A stretch of DNA of 64,000 bases from Vulcanimicrobiota bacterium (GTDB lineage Bacteria > Vulcanimicrobiota > Vulcanimicrobiia > Vulcanimicrobiales > Vulcanimicrobiaceae): assembly GCA_963795855.1 (NCBI GenBank), contig CAWCIZ010000002.1, positions 96,001 through 160,000 on the forward strand, in the 5' to 3' direction. The notes beneath the pieces were generated by a model, which made no database searches, was not told where the DNA came from, and saw only the letters and a program-made list of their open reading frames with translations. The position numbers and the translations under genes are program-made. Of this stretch, positions 21,722 through 30,939 are shown in pieces. Numbering within the stretch: the first letter of the stretch is position 1; the number at the start of each line of letters is the position of its first letter.

Positions 21722-22801
21722 TTAGAGACGTCCTCCGGGGAGTATGAAGCGAAGCCAGATGACGTCTTGGAAGAACTGACGCCAATCGATCTTGTGGCCT
21801 TCCGGTACGAACACGACGTCGCCATCCTCCAGTGCGGGGTTGGAAGACAGATCGCCGTGCTGCATGCGCGTGATATCGTACGAGGTCGTCACGCCGCGAT
21901 GCCGGATCATGATGTCTCGCAGGTTGGCCCATTTGTTCGGGCCGCCGGCAAGGTAGATTGCGCTGACCAGCGTGAAGTCGTCTTTGAGCGCAATCTCGCC
22001 CGACGAGTTCACGGCCCCCATGACTTGAATGTGTTCTTCGGACGGGATCGTCAAGCTGTCGCCGGAGTGTGCGGCGGCTGAGAACTCAGGGCTTCCTTCA
22101 GCAATTTGCTCGAGTTGCCCGTCGCGGCGCAGCAGTACTTGATGCGATGCCGAGGCGGTGATGCCGCCGAGTTGATCGATTGCGGTGGACAAGGGCTGAT
22201 CCGGGCTCAAGTATGCCGTTCCGGGGTGCAGCACCGCGCCTTTGACGTTTACGGCTAACGGCCGGTTCGCAAACGCGATGCTGTCGCCGGGCAGCAGCGT
22301 GGGGCCGGCGTCGCCGGCGCTTTGCAACGACTGCGCGTCGAACGGTCCTAACGCCATTCCGTTGCGAATGATCCGGATTTTGCTCGTGTCGCCCGCACTC
22401 TGATCGAGTAAACATTTGCAGGCTGCTTGAACGTCCGTCAAAGCGCTGACGAGTGTGTCGCCCGGCCGATACGTAATCGTACCGCCGGGGCCGCCCACCA
22501 CGAACATGTCGCTCGATTGCGATACCAGTGTGACGTCGACGGCCGGAAAGCGCATGTAATTCGCCAAACGGCCTTGAATGCGCGTTGCAAGCTCGGATTC
22601 GCTGGCGCCTTGCGCGGGTACCGCGCCGACGAGCGGCATCGAAACTCTGCCCTCGGCATCCACGGTCGCTTGCGTCGCGAGCTCGGGGTGATTGTAGACG
22701 GATATCTGGACTTTGTCTCCCGGATGAAGCGCCGCTTGTGCGGCGGCCGTAGCCAGGAGCAAAAGCGCGAGCGTGCCGGATGCGATACGCCGGATGTTCA
22801 T
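21722..22801 (-). CDS. Polysaccharide export protein (Wza-like, SLBB repeats)
   Basis: Signal peptide; LHPGDKVQISVYNHPEL...VDAEGRVSMPLVG; repeated SLBB segments. Confidence 0.9.
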   Translation of the reverse strand: MNIRRIASGTLALLLLATAAAQAALHPGDKVQISVYNHPELATQATVDAEGRVSMPLVGAVPAQGASESELATRIQGRLANYMRFPAVDVTLVSQSSDMFVVGGPGGTITYRPGDTLVSALTDVQAACKCLLDQSAGDTSKIRIIRNGMALGPFDAQSLQSAGDAGPTLLPGDSIAFANRPLAVNVKGAVLHPGTAYLSPDQPLSTAIDQLGGITASASHQVLLRRDGQLEQIAEGSPEFSAAAHSGDSLTIPSEEHIQVMGAVNSSGEIALKDDFTLVSAIYLAGGPNKWANLRDIMIRHRGVTTSYDITRMQHGDLSSNPALEDGDVVFVPEGHKIDWRQFFQDVIWLRFILPGGRL

Positions 22802-22819
22802 AGTCTTCTTCCTACGTCG

Positions 22820-23809
22820 TTACGGGGTATTGAAAACGGTAAGCGGTGAAACGCTGAAGTCGATTTGAGCCGGAAGCTTCGGCGCCTGCGATTGCCCTTG
22901 CGACTGATAAACGCTGATGTAGTTTTGGTCCGCGTCGATCAAGAGCGCTTGATATTGCGCCTTTCCGTAGAAATTGCCGGGCGCGACGCACGTGTAATCT
23001 TTGCTGGTTACGACGAAGCCCACGACGTTGAAGCCCGGATATTTGGTCGGATTGTTATCCAAATGCGTCAAGAACGCGACGAAGTATTCGGTGGTGCCCG
23101 CAGCGGGCGTCCACGTCACGTACGCGGACCCGACGGGGCAGCCGTTCGTTGCGTTTCCGGCAAACGAAACCGTCACCGGCGATTGCCTCGGAAGCGACAC
23201 GGCCGGATTCAAAATCGTGAAGTTCACGCTGCCGCCCGGCGGGTTGTTCACCTTGGCGTTGTACGTGCCGCCATGGTTCGAGGAATCGGCGTTCGAGCGA
23301 TAGCCGATGCCGAGCGTCGTCGTCGACGCAGACGTGTTGAACGCCTTGCCGCCGAGCCAAAGCGGATTCGTTACGTTTGTTTTATACGGTGCCGGCAATG
23401 ACGGGTTGTCGTTGGAGCACTCGCATAAGCCCGCAGCATCGCGGAAGGTCATCAGGAATCCGATCGCCGGATTCGAACCTTTACCGGATCGTGCGACCGT
23501 CGCGGTGCCGCCCGTTATCTGGAAAACGAACGGTCCGGATATTTTCGGCGTTACCGATGACGCTGCGGCTTGCGGAGCGCGAGTAACGACGCTCGACGTC
23601 GCGGTGAAACCGGCGTCGAGTTCGAGATCGGAAAGTAAATCGGATCCCGTCAAACTGAAGAGATCGTCAGGCGACATATTTTGCGGCGTCTGTCCGGAAC
23701 TATTTCCACCCGGCACAGGGCCGTTCGGTGTTCCGCCACCACCGCCGCCGCAGCCTGCGAGTGCAAGACCTGCGGCGAGTACAATGACGAGAAGAGCGCG
23801 CTTCTGCAT
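22820..23809 (-). CDS. Hypothetical lipoprotein
   Basis: Lipobox LAGC followed by a poly-Gly linker. Confidence 0.75.
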   Translation of the reverse strand: MQKRALLVIVLAAGLALAGCGGGGGGTPNGPVPGGNSSGQTPQNMSPDDLFSLTGSDLLSDLELDAGFTATSSVVTRAPQAAASSVTPKISGPFVFQITGGTATVARSGKGSNPAIGFLMTFRDAAGLCECSNDNPSLPAPYKTNVTNPLWLGGKAFNTSASTTTLGIGYRSNADSSNHGGTYNAKVNNPPGGSVNFTILNPAVSLPRQSPVTVSFAGNATNGCPVGSAYVTWTPAAGTTEYFVAFLTHLDNNPTKYPGFNVVGFVVTSKDYTCVAPGNFYGKAQYQALLIDADQNYISVYQSQGQSQAPKLPAQIDFSVSPLTVFNTP

Positions 23810-23931
23810 AGCAATTTCCCTCGGTTTCTCCGGCGGCGAAATGATGCACAAATGATAAACTAATGGCACCGTGCGCAATAAGAGCGCCCTGCACCAGGGT
23901 TATCCACGCAGTTGCCGGGTGTGCTATGAGC

Positions 23932-24321
23932 CTATCGGCGCACGTGCAGGTGATACTGCAGTGCTAACCGCAGGCGAAGAACGAGCGCTTTTGCGCTCGA
24001 ACGGACGTCCGAATGGATTACGCGTCCGTGCCGACGTACTTCGGTGACCGTACCTATGACGTCACAAGGTTCGACATGCTCCACCTGCCCGCGACTTGCA
24101 TCGCCGGCGGTCAGCACTTCGCCGCTGCCGATTCCGATGACACGGTGCGCGACCAGAACGTCGTTGTGCGGAAATACGACGACGTCGCCGAAACGCGGCG
24201 ACCGATGCGGTGATACGAGGAGATCGTCGCCTTCGAGGATCCCGGGCGACATGCTGCCGCCGCGCAAACGCAGGCACCACGGCCGCGTTGGGCGCGTCAT
24301 GGCGAGGACGTCTTTGAGCAT
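23932..24321 (-). CDS. S24/S26-family peptidase, candidate leader peptidase
   Basis: RGGSMSPGILEGD, FGDVVVF, VAHRV; ATG 24321 lies 2 nt after the kinase stop. Confidence 0.85.
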   Translation of the reverse strand: MLKDVLAMTRPTRPWCLRLRGGSMSPGILEGDDLLVSPHRSPRFGDVVVFPHNDVLVAHRVIGIGSGEVLTAGDASRGQVEHVEPCDVIGTVTEVRRHGRVIHSDVRSSAKALVLRLRLALQYHLHVRR

Positions 24322-24323
24322 CG

Positions 24324-25148
24324 CTACGCTACGGCGGTTTGCGCGTCCATCGTGAGGCGCTGCACGGCGTCGGCGGTATCGTCGGGAGCCCCAAGCGTCA
24401 GCGCATAGATGCGCGACTTCGATAACGCGGCGATGACCCGATCGACGATACGTAGGTGATTCTTGTCGATCGTCGTCTGCACTTCGCTGCCCACGGCCAG
24501 GAAGATCGCCTCGGAGAGCGGCAACGGGCGAGCGTGTGCGTGTCGCCCGCGCCCGATGATGAAGAAATATGAAGCTCGATGCGCCGAAATACCCCAAGCA
24601 CGGTCGAACGTGCGCGCGGGATCGACGGCCTCCCAATCGGTTTCCAAACCGTTCAAGGCCAGCAGGCGGCGCGTGCCGCTGCGAATCGAGAACAGACGCG
24701 GAAAGGATTCCACTTGTTCCGTCGCCGTGTTCACAAGCGCGAACTCGTCCGACAGGGGCATGTTGTCGTCGCTGCGCAGCATGAGCGAAAGCGATGTGGT
24801 GCTTTTCCCGCTGGTCGTCGGTCCGACGATTACGGCCGCTCTATCGCCAATAGCGACGGCGCCGGCATGAAAGACGACCAGCTCTTGCCGCAGGCGAAAG
24901 ACTCGAGCATTGATGGCGAGCATCGCACGGCCTTCGATTGCGGCCGGGGAAAGGCGAAGCGCGTTCGACGTTCCGAGATCGTCGAACGCCCGCACGAATT
25001 CGTCGCCGATGAGCACGCCAGCGGTGCGTCCGCGGGAGATGATGTACGCCGTAAGAAGCGGCTCGCACACACTGCTGTAGTCGAGCATCCGCGCATAGCG
25101 GCGTTCGATAAGATCCATGACGCGCTCGTCATCGCACCCGATCTGCAC
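24324..25148 (-). CDS. HPr kinase-related P-loop kinase 1
   Basis: VFHAGAV, Walker A GPTTSGKST, LSDEFA; start uncertain. Confidence 0.85.
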   Translation of the reverse strand: MQIGCDDERVMDLIERRYARMLDYSSVCEPLLTAYIISRGRTAGVLIGDEFVRAFDDLGTSNALRLSPAAIEGRAMLAINARVFRLRQELVVFHAGAVAIGDRAAVIVGPTTSGKSTTSLSLMLRSDDNMPLSDEFALVNTATEQVESFPRLFSIRSGTRRLLALNGLETDWEAVDPARTFDRAWGISAHRASYFFIIGRGRHAHARPLPLSEAIFLAVGSEVQTTIDKNHLRIVDRVIAALSKSRIYALTLGAPDDTADAVQRLTMDAQTAVA

Positions 25149-25191
25149 CGGGACGCGGGCGATGTTCAGGCGTGCGATGGTCGTAGTCCTA

Positions 25192-25449
25192 CTAAGCGAC
25201 TTCGCGGACCAAGCCCTGTTCGAGGAACACCGTCATGATTTCGGAAACGTCCTGTCCGAGATCATGACCATCCGCGTCATACCGAACGCGCAGATACTCT
25301 TCCAACTCGGTGTGCGTTTTGCCCGAGCAGTTGCGCAGCAAATCGGCCGCCGTCTGATTGACGACATGAACCTTTTCCCGCGCAGGATCGTACACCAAGG
25401 TCTCCACGCCGACCTCACGCATTTCGATGCCGTCAATCGCTTGATACAT
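25192..25449 (-). CDS. PqqD-family RiPP recognition element (RRE)
   Basis: 85 aa; ETLVYDP...VHVVNQTAADLLRNCSG...LRVRYD...DVSEIMTVFLEQGLV, typical PqqD pattern. Confidence 0.9.
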   Translation of the reverse strand: MYQAIDGIEMREVGVETLVYDPAREKVHVVNQTAADLLRNCSGKTHTELEEYLRVRYDADGHDLGQDVSEIMTVFLEQGLVREVA

Positions 25450-25452
25450 GTT

Positions 25453-25584
25453 TTACTCCGATATGATGTTGCATTGGGGATTAGACGGGCCGGTTTCGAA
25501 ACACATTACCGATGCGAAGCCCGACACGTCGCTGAACAATACGCCAACGTCATAGGACCGGATAATCTCCGGCCGGTTGTACAT
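25453..25584 (-). CDS. Putative RiPP precursor peptide P3 (43 aa)
   Basis: MYNRPEIIRSYDVGVLFSDVSGFASVMCFETGPSNPQCNIISE; 8 nt after the P2 stop and 3 nt before the RRE start. Confidence 0.88.
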   Translation of the reverse strand: MYNRPEIIRSYDVGVLFSDVSGFASVMCFETGPSNPQCNIISE

Positions 25585-25592
25585 CGTCTTAG

Positions 25593-25691
25593 TCATCCGA
25601 TTCCGCCCAAACTGCCGAAATCGCCGGCGGCGCTGGCAAACAAGGCGGCCAAATCGAATGTGGCTACGAGGACCGGGCGTGCATACTGCAT
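25593..25691 (-). CDS. Putative RiPP precursor peptide P2 (32 aa)
   Basis: MQYARPVLVATFDLAALFASAAGDFGSLGGIG; GGAAAGGA RBS upstream. Confidence 0.82.
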   Translation of the reverse strand: MQYARPVLVATFDLAALFASAAGDFGSLGGIG

Positions 25692-25791
25692 GTAGGCTGA
25701 TCCTTTCCAGAGGTGTTTTTTGATTGTAGCCGCTGCAGCCGCTGCTCCAAAGTGCAGGAAGACACGCGGGCTCTTATGCCTTGAGTGCTAC

Positions 25792-26595
25792 CTACACATA
25801 AGCCAAGGTGCCCACGCGCCGCGCGTGCTGAATCGACATCATGAACAGCGCAAGGGCCAAAGGTATTCCTACCACCGCGAAGGCGGCCAGAACGAGCACG
25901 TCGCCGCGTATCACGCCGAAACCGGCGCCGTGCAAGATCGCTGCCCGCAGCGCGCTCAGGCCGTGCGTGATTGGGAAGACCATGGAGACGACTTTGAGCG
26001 GCAGCGGCAGAACCGCCACGGGGAAGTACACGCCGCCGAGCAGATTCGTCGCGCTGCTGACTATGCCCAAGGCCCCGGTGCCTTTTTTGAACGCGATAAC
26101 GGAGGCGGCCGCGGAGATTCCTATGGGCGAGATGGCGAGCATCGACAGCCCCAGGGCGAGCAGAGCCGTCGGCACATTGGCATGGTGGAGGTTCACGCCG
26201 AACACCGCAGCGCCAATCACCAGGATGAGCACCGTCTGCACGGCGGTGAAAACGAACGCCGACGTTGCTGAGGCGAGGACGACCGCCGGAACGCTGGCCC
26301 GCGTAACCAGAATCGCCTCGATCGTTCCCGACACCTGGTCGCGCTGGATAGCGCTCGCGAATGACGTAAGCGCGACGGACTGGAACCGCGCGAAAACGAT
26401 GCCGATGAGCACGAATTCGAAATACTGGCCGTGCACTGCCTTGAGCGCGCCGGCGCTCGAGCCGAACGTGCGCCCCACGAAAAACATCATCGCGCACATG
26501 ACGAGCACGGACGAGAGCTGCCCGAAGATCGAAAACTTCGACACGGTTTGATACGCCCAGTCGCGGCCGATGAACGCCGACAAAATTTTGGTCAT
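25792..26595 (-). CDS. ABC-2 type permease
   Basis: GTIEAILVT, GGVYFPVAVLP...PITHGLSALR; TGATG coupling to the ATPase gene. Confidence 0.9.
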   Translation of the reverse strand: MTKILSAFIGRDWAYQTVSKFSIFGQLSSVLVMCAMMFFVGRTFGSSAGALKAVHGQYFEFVLIGIVFARFQSVALTSFASAIQRDQVSGTIEAILVTRASVPAVVLASATSAFVFTAVQTVLILVIGAAVFGVNLHHANVPTALLALGLSMLAISPIGISAAASVIAFKKGTGALGIVSSATNLLGGVYFPVAVLPLPLKVVSMVFPITHGLSALRAAILHGAGFGVIRGDVLVLAAFAVVGIPLALALFMMSIQHARRVGTLAYV

Positions 26596-27383
26596 CAGGT
26601 TCCTCTCGCGACGCTTCGGAAATAGCCGAACAGCGGCTGTTCCCGCGTGCCCGCGGGCGCCTTTGCTTCGATCTCCAGCGGGGTCCCGACGGCCGAAACG
26701 CGATGCTCGTGCAGGATGGCCATGCGGTCGCACATCGACCATGCTTCGTCGAGCTGGTTGGTGGCGAGCAGAACCGTTTTGCGCTCGGCTACGACAAGCC
26801 GGTCGCGGACGCTTTGACGAAATTCGACGGCCGCGATCGGATCGAGTGCTTTCGTCGGCTCGTCCAACAGCAACACCGGGGGATCTGCGAGCATCGCCCG
26901 GATCAGCGCCAGGCGCTGCTTCATACCGGTGCTGTAGGAACGGACGCTGGAATGCAGGCGGTCCGCCAGCCCCAACCACTCCGCAAGTTCGAAAATGCGC
27001 TTGCGCAGTGCCGTTCTTCCCAAGCCCTGCAGTTTGCCAAAGAACTGTAAGTTGTCCCACGCGGTCAGGCGCATGTAATACGCGCGTTCGTCGGAGCTGC
27101 AGATTCCGATGCGTACGCGCACTCGAGCCGACTGGCGCGCGACGTCGTAGCCGAGCACTCGCACCGTGCCGGAATCCGGAACCAAAAGGGTCGAGATGAT
27201 CTTTAGAAGCGTGGTTTTTCCGGCGCCGTTCAAACCCAGCACGCCATAACACTCGCCGGCACGCATCGTCAGCGTCACGTCTTCGAGTGCCGTGCGCTTT
27301 TCCGCGCGGCGGAACATCTGGCGCATCCCCTGATCGATGGGATACTGCTTACAGACGTTGCGGATTTCGATGGCGTCAGGCAT
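26595..27383 (-). CDS. ABC transporter ATP-binding protein
   Basis: GLNGAGKTT, YSTGMKQRL, LLLDEPT. Confidence 0.95.
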   Translation of the reverse strand: MPDAIEIRNVCKQYPIDQGMRQMFRRAEKRTALEDVTLTMRAGECYGVLGLNGAGKTTLLKIISTLLVPDSGTVRVLGYDVARQSARVRVRIGICSSDERAYYMRLTAWDNLQFFGKLQGLGRTALRKRIFELAEWLGLADRLHSSVRSYSTGMKQRLALIRAMLADPPVLLLDEPTKALDPIAAVEFRQSVRDRLVVAERKTVLLATNQLDEAWSMCDRMAILHEHRVSAVGTPLEIEAKAPAGTREQPLFGYFRSVARGT

Positions 27384-28521
27384 GCGGCAAAAACGGTGAA
27401 ACGGCGCGGCGGAAACCGCCCACGAGCCGCTTCATCAGCTTGGGACGGGCATCGAACTGCGTGAATTCGACGCTCCCGAAATTCTGTTTGAGCAAGTGCA
27501 CGCGATCCGAAAACCGTTCCATCCAAAACAGGCGCATCAGCGTGCGATGGCCGCTTCCGCCGGTAAGGACGCGCGCAACTCCGATATCCGTTACGTAACG
27601 CGAGAGCGTTCCGCCGCGGCGCTCGAGCAGGCGGGAAAGCAGATTCTTGTCCACGGGAGCGTCCAACAGCCACTTCGCGAGTTGCAGCGCGGGCGCCACC
27701 ACCTGCGCCGCGTTCGCTTCCGTGACGCGCTGCTCGAAGACGTCCCAGTCGATTGGCCCGTGCAGCGACTCCGCGATGTCGACAATCCCTCGCAAATGTC
27801 CGTCGAAGCCGTTGCCCCATGCGAGGTGAATGCAGAGATGCAGCAGTTCGTCCTGGGGGTCGAGCCGTCTGCACGGCACTCCGGCGAGGACCACCGGCAC
27901 CGCGCGGTGCCGCATCGCGTCGATATTCAAACGAAACGGGTTGGGCCGCCGGCCGAAGTCCCAGTGGAGTTCGATGCAAAAGCGGCTCGGTTTTCGCGAA
28001 TGCCTGGGCAACTGGTAGTAGTTTTCGAAATACCAACTGCGCCCGTGGGGCGTCGCCTCAGCGTCGTATCCCAGACGCGCCAGCACGTCCTCGGCGAGCG
28101 CAATCTCTTCCCGGCCGAACAGGACGTCGAGATCGCAGAACGCGCGCAGACTGATGTCCCGGTAAAGCGTCTCCGCCAGCGCGACGCCCTTGAGCACGAT
28201 TGGGGAAAGCCCCGCATCCTCGAAGGCGAGAAGCGCCTCGTGCGCCTGCCGCAAGAAGACACTGTTGAGCGCCGAGCGCTTCTGCCGCTGTTCCTGCAGC
28301 TGCTGCACGACCGAATCCGGAACCTTTATCCCACGGCACGATTCTATCGTACGAAGCAGCAGCGGTCCGAAATGATGTTTGGATGCCGTATCGAGCACCG
28401 CTTCCCAGGACTTAACGCCCGCCGCCGCGGCAACCGCGGCATCGGCGTGCGGGCGCAATCGCGCGCACGCGAGGATAAAACGCCACTCCGGCGTCATACT
28501 CTGCGCCAAATTCCGGTTCAC
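27376..28521 (-). CDS. Nucleotidyltransferase family protein (NTP_transf_5-like)
   Basis: IVLKGVALAETLY...RAFCDLDVL, IELHW, LLHLCIH. Confidence 0.88.
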   Translation of the reverse strand: MNRNLAQSMTPEWRFILACARLRPHADAAVAAAAGVKSWEAVLDTASKHHFGPLLLRTIESCRGIKVPDSVVQQLQEQRQKRSALNSVFLRQAHEALLAFEDAGLSPIVLKGVALAETLYRDISLRAFCDLDVLFGREEIALAEDVLARLGYDAEATPHGRSWYFENYYQLPRHSRKPSRFCIELHWDFGRRPNPFRLNIDAMRHRAVPVVLAGVPCRRLDPQDELLHLCIHLAWGNGFDGHLRGIVDIAESLHGPIDWDVFEQRVTEANAAQVVAPALQLAKWLLDAPVDKNLLSRLLERRGGTLSRYVTDIGVARVLTGGSGHRTLMRLFWMERFSDRVHLLKQNFGSVEFTQFDARPKLMKRLVGGFRRAVSPFLPHA

Positions 28522-28538
28522 GGTTTGTCGGGTCCCTT

Positions 28539-29201
28539 CTAAATCAGGCCGGATCTAACTGCGTGAACTGCCGCTTGCGAGCGCGCGGTGATATTCAGCT
28601 TCGAGAAAATGTGACTGACGTGATTTTTCACGGTCTTGTCGGACAGGCTCAGCTGCTCGCTGATCTCCTTGTTCGAGAGGCCCTGCGCGATCAGACGAAT
28701 GACTTCATTCTCGCGCGGCGTCAAATCGTACATGTGACCGCGGCTGGTCGAGCTGCGGCGGCGCAGCAGTTCGCCGGCGATCCGCGGATCCACGTAGGAA
28801 CCGCCCGCGGCGATGATCTTGAGGGCGCGAATCAGTTCTTTCGGAGCCACGTCTTTGATGATGTAGCCGCTGGCGCCGATGGAAAGCCCCCGCTGCAGCA
28901 CTTCCGGCTGCAATTGCGTCGAGAGCAAACAGACTTTTACGGACGGGGCATCGCGGCGCACGGCCGCCATCGCGTCGTCCATCTTGAGGATTTGTCCGTC
29001 GACGTCGAACACGATCAGGTCCGGCGTGAGGGAGCCGAGCGGAATTTTGTCGATCGCTTCGGCGTCGCCGACGATCTCGAGTTCCGCGTCGGTCGCGAGC
29101 AACTGGCAAAGCGCCTTGGCAAAGATGCCCTGGCCGGCGACCACTACGATGCGCGTCGTCCGCGAAATCGCTTGCGGTGCTTCCAATAGTCCTGCAGTCA
29201 T
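28539..29201 (-). CDS. NarL/LuxR response regulator (orphan, atypical acidic pocket)
   Basis: REC domain (LIVFD, GYIIKD) plus LTPRENEV...KTVKNHVSHIFSKL. Confidence 0.93.
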   Translation of the reverse strand: MTAGLLEAPQAISRTTRIVVVAGQGIFAKALCQLLATDAELEIVGDAEAIDKIPLGSLTPDLIVFDVDGQILKMDDAMAAVRRDAPSVKVCLLSTQLQPEVLQRGLSIGASGYIIKDVAPKELIRALKIIAAGGSYVDPRIAGELLRRRSSTSRGHMYDLTPRENEVIRLIAQGLSNKEISEQLSLSDKTVKNHVSHIFSKLNITARSQAAVHAVRSGLI

Positions 29202-29504
29202 GGAGAAATCGTGCCTCCTAATAATATGAAGAACGAACGGCTCGGGTAACTATCATCCTGCCACTCGTCGTACGGTCACGGCCGAGTTCCGCAATCATGC
29301 CATACTGAAATGCCTATATCTATCCCGCATTTGCGGTATTTTTTGTTGGGATAGGACTAAAGAACTGCACGCTGCCCGGGCTATTGGGCGTGCACAGTCC
29401 CGTACTCACGGCTACGCGGCCCATTATCGCATGGGCGTAACGCTTCTGCGCATGTCAGACTCTCAAAGTTATGCTGTTTGAAACCCCGTCCGAATGGAGC
29501 AGCA

Positions 29505-30384
29505 GTGCACGACTCAGTACAATACAGAATTGCCGACGTCGACGTCGCGATCGAAGCGCCGGCGTCCATCTTGCGAATCGTGACCGATACATACCGGCGA
29601 TTCCCGATCAGCGCGCCGCGAACAGTGCCGCACGTTAGGGTTCTGGCGGCAATCGACGACGATGGTCACGTGGACATACGCATCGGTGAAAAGCATTATC
29701 AAAACGTCTTCGCCTGGACAGGCCGGGCAACGGTCGGACTGGAGCTCGTCGAACGCCATCATCACCGCCGTGGCACAGCACTCGCGCTTTCTGATCGTGC
29801 ACGCAGCCGCATTGGAACGTGACGGTGAAGCGCTCTGCATCGCCGCTCCCGGACATACCGGCAAGACGCTGCTCACGGCGCATCTTCTCTCACGCGGCTG
29901 GCGCTGCCTGAGCGACGAATACGCGTTCATCGAACCGCTCAGCGGTCAGATCGTGCCGTTTCCGAAGTTGCTGTACGTGCGCTCTTCCTCGCTGCCGCTG
30001 GTGCCGCGCACGTTTCGCAAATGCCTGGAATGCTCGCCGTGGTATGGAATGGGTGAGCGTCCCGGGCTCGTGTTCTCCGGCGTCGACCCGAGCGCCGCGT
30101 ATTCGGAAGACATCTGGTCCACCGGCGCGCGCTTGTCCCGTCTTCTCATGCTCGTGAAACGCAACGCTTCGGGCCCATCCATCAAACCGTGCGCCGGGTG
30201 GTCGATTATCCCGGAACTCAATTCGGTAACGTGGCAGCCGCCGGATCTGCTGGACGGTTTGTCACGCATGGCGGCCGCGCTGCGCGGCGTCGAGGTCGGC
30301 AAACTGGTCGCGGCGGATCCGCTGATGACCGTAAACGCCATCGAACAGTGGGCTGCAACGGAGCCGGCGATCGCGTATGCCTAA
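29505..30384 (+). CDS. HPr kinase-related P-loop kinase 2 (frameshift near 29750)
   Basis: GGAG RBS and GTG 29505; IVHAAAL, APGHTGKT, LSDEYA, PFPK. Confidence 0.82.
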
Positions 30385-30937
30385 TGCGCCGCTTGCGCGC
30401 CCGCTCGCGAAGAAGGCCGAGATGCTCGGCTTCTTGTTTCGTTTGCTGCTTTTCGATCTGTTCGTCGGCTCGCGCGAGGGACTCGTGAAGATTGGCGCGG
30501 GCGTGAGCGCCACCGGCGATGTCAAAGTGCATCTGGGCAAGCGTGTGTTTTTGGGCCGCAGCGGCGTCTTTCAGGGCACCGGAACCGTCAACGTCGGCGC
30601 CGGTACCTACGTGGGGAATTTTTTCGATTTCAATTCACGGGCGAGCATCGAGATCGCGGAGCAGTGCATGTTCGGCAATTTCGTCACCCTGGTCGACAAC
30701 AACCACGGAACCGCCGTGGATCGCGACATGAAAGATCAGCCGTTTGAAGCGAAAGGCATCGCCGTCGGAAGAAATTGCTGGCTCGGCGAAAAAAGCACTG
30801 TGCTTGCGGGCGTTACCATCGGCGAAAATGCAATCGTCGCCGCAGGATCCGTCGTGACGCGCGACGTGCCGGCGAATGCAGTGGTAGCGGGCGTACCGGC
30901 GCGGGTTCTTCGCCTGCGCACGCCGGTTGCGGTGTGA
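30377..30937 (+). CDS. Hexapeptide-repeat O-acyltransferase
   Basis: CWLGEKSTVLAGVTIGENAIVAAGSVVTRDVP...GVPAR. Confidence 0.92.
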   Translation: MPNAPLARPLAKKAEMLGFLFRLLLFDLFVGSREGLVKIGAGVSATGDVKVHLGKRVFLGRSGVFQGTGTVNVGAGTYVGNFFDFNSRASIEIAEQCMFGNFVTLVDNNHGTAVDRDMKDQPFEAKGIAVGRNCWLGEKSTVLAGVTIGENAIVAAGSVVTRDVPANAVVAGVPARVLRLRTPVAV

Positions 30938-30939
30938 CC

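Noticed and set aside
25192..25449. PQQ biosynthesis gene pqqD
   Set aside because: No pqqA (ExxxY), pqqB, pqqC or pqqE nearby; treated as a generic RRE
23932..28521. Canonical lasso peptide cluster
   Set aside because: No lasso cyclase or transglutaminase-like B2 in the window. Taking the conserved Gly as core residue 1, the precursors lack Thr at -2 and only P3 has an acidic residue at position 7-9
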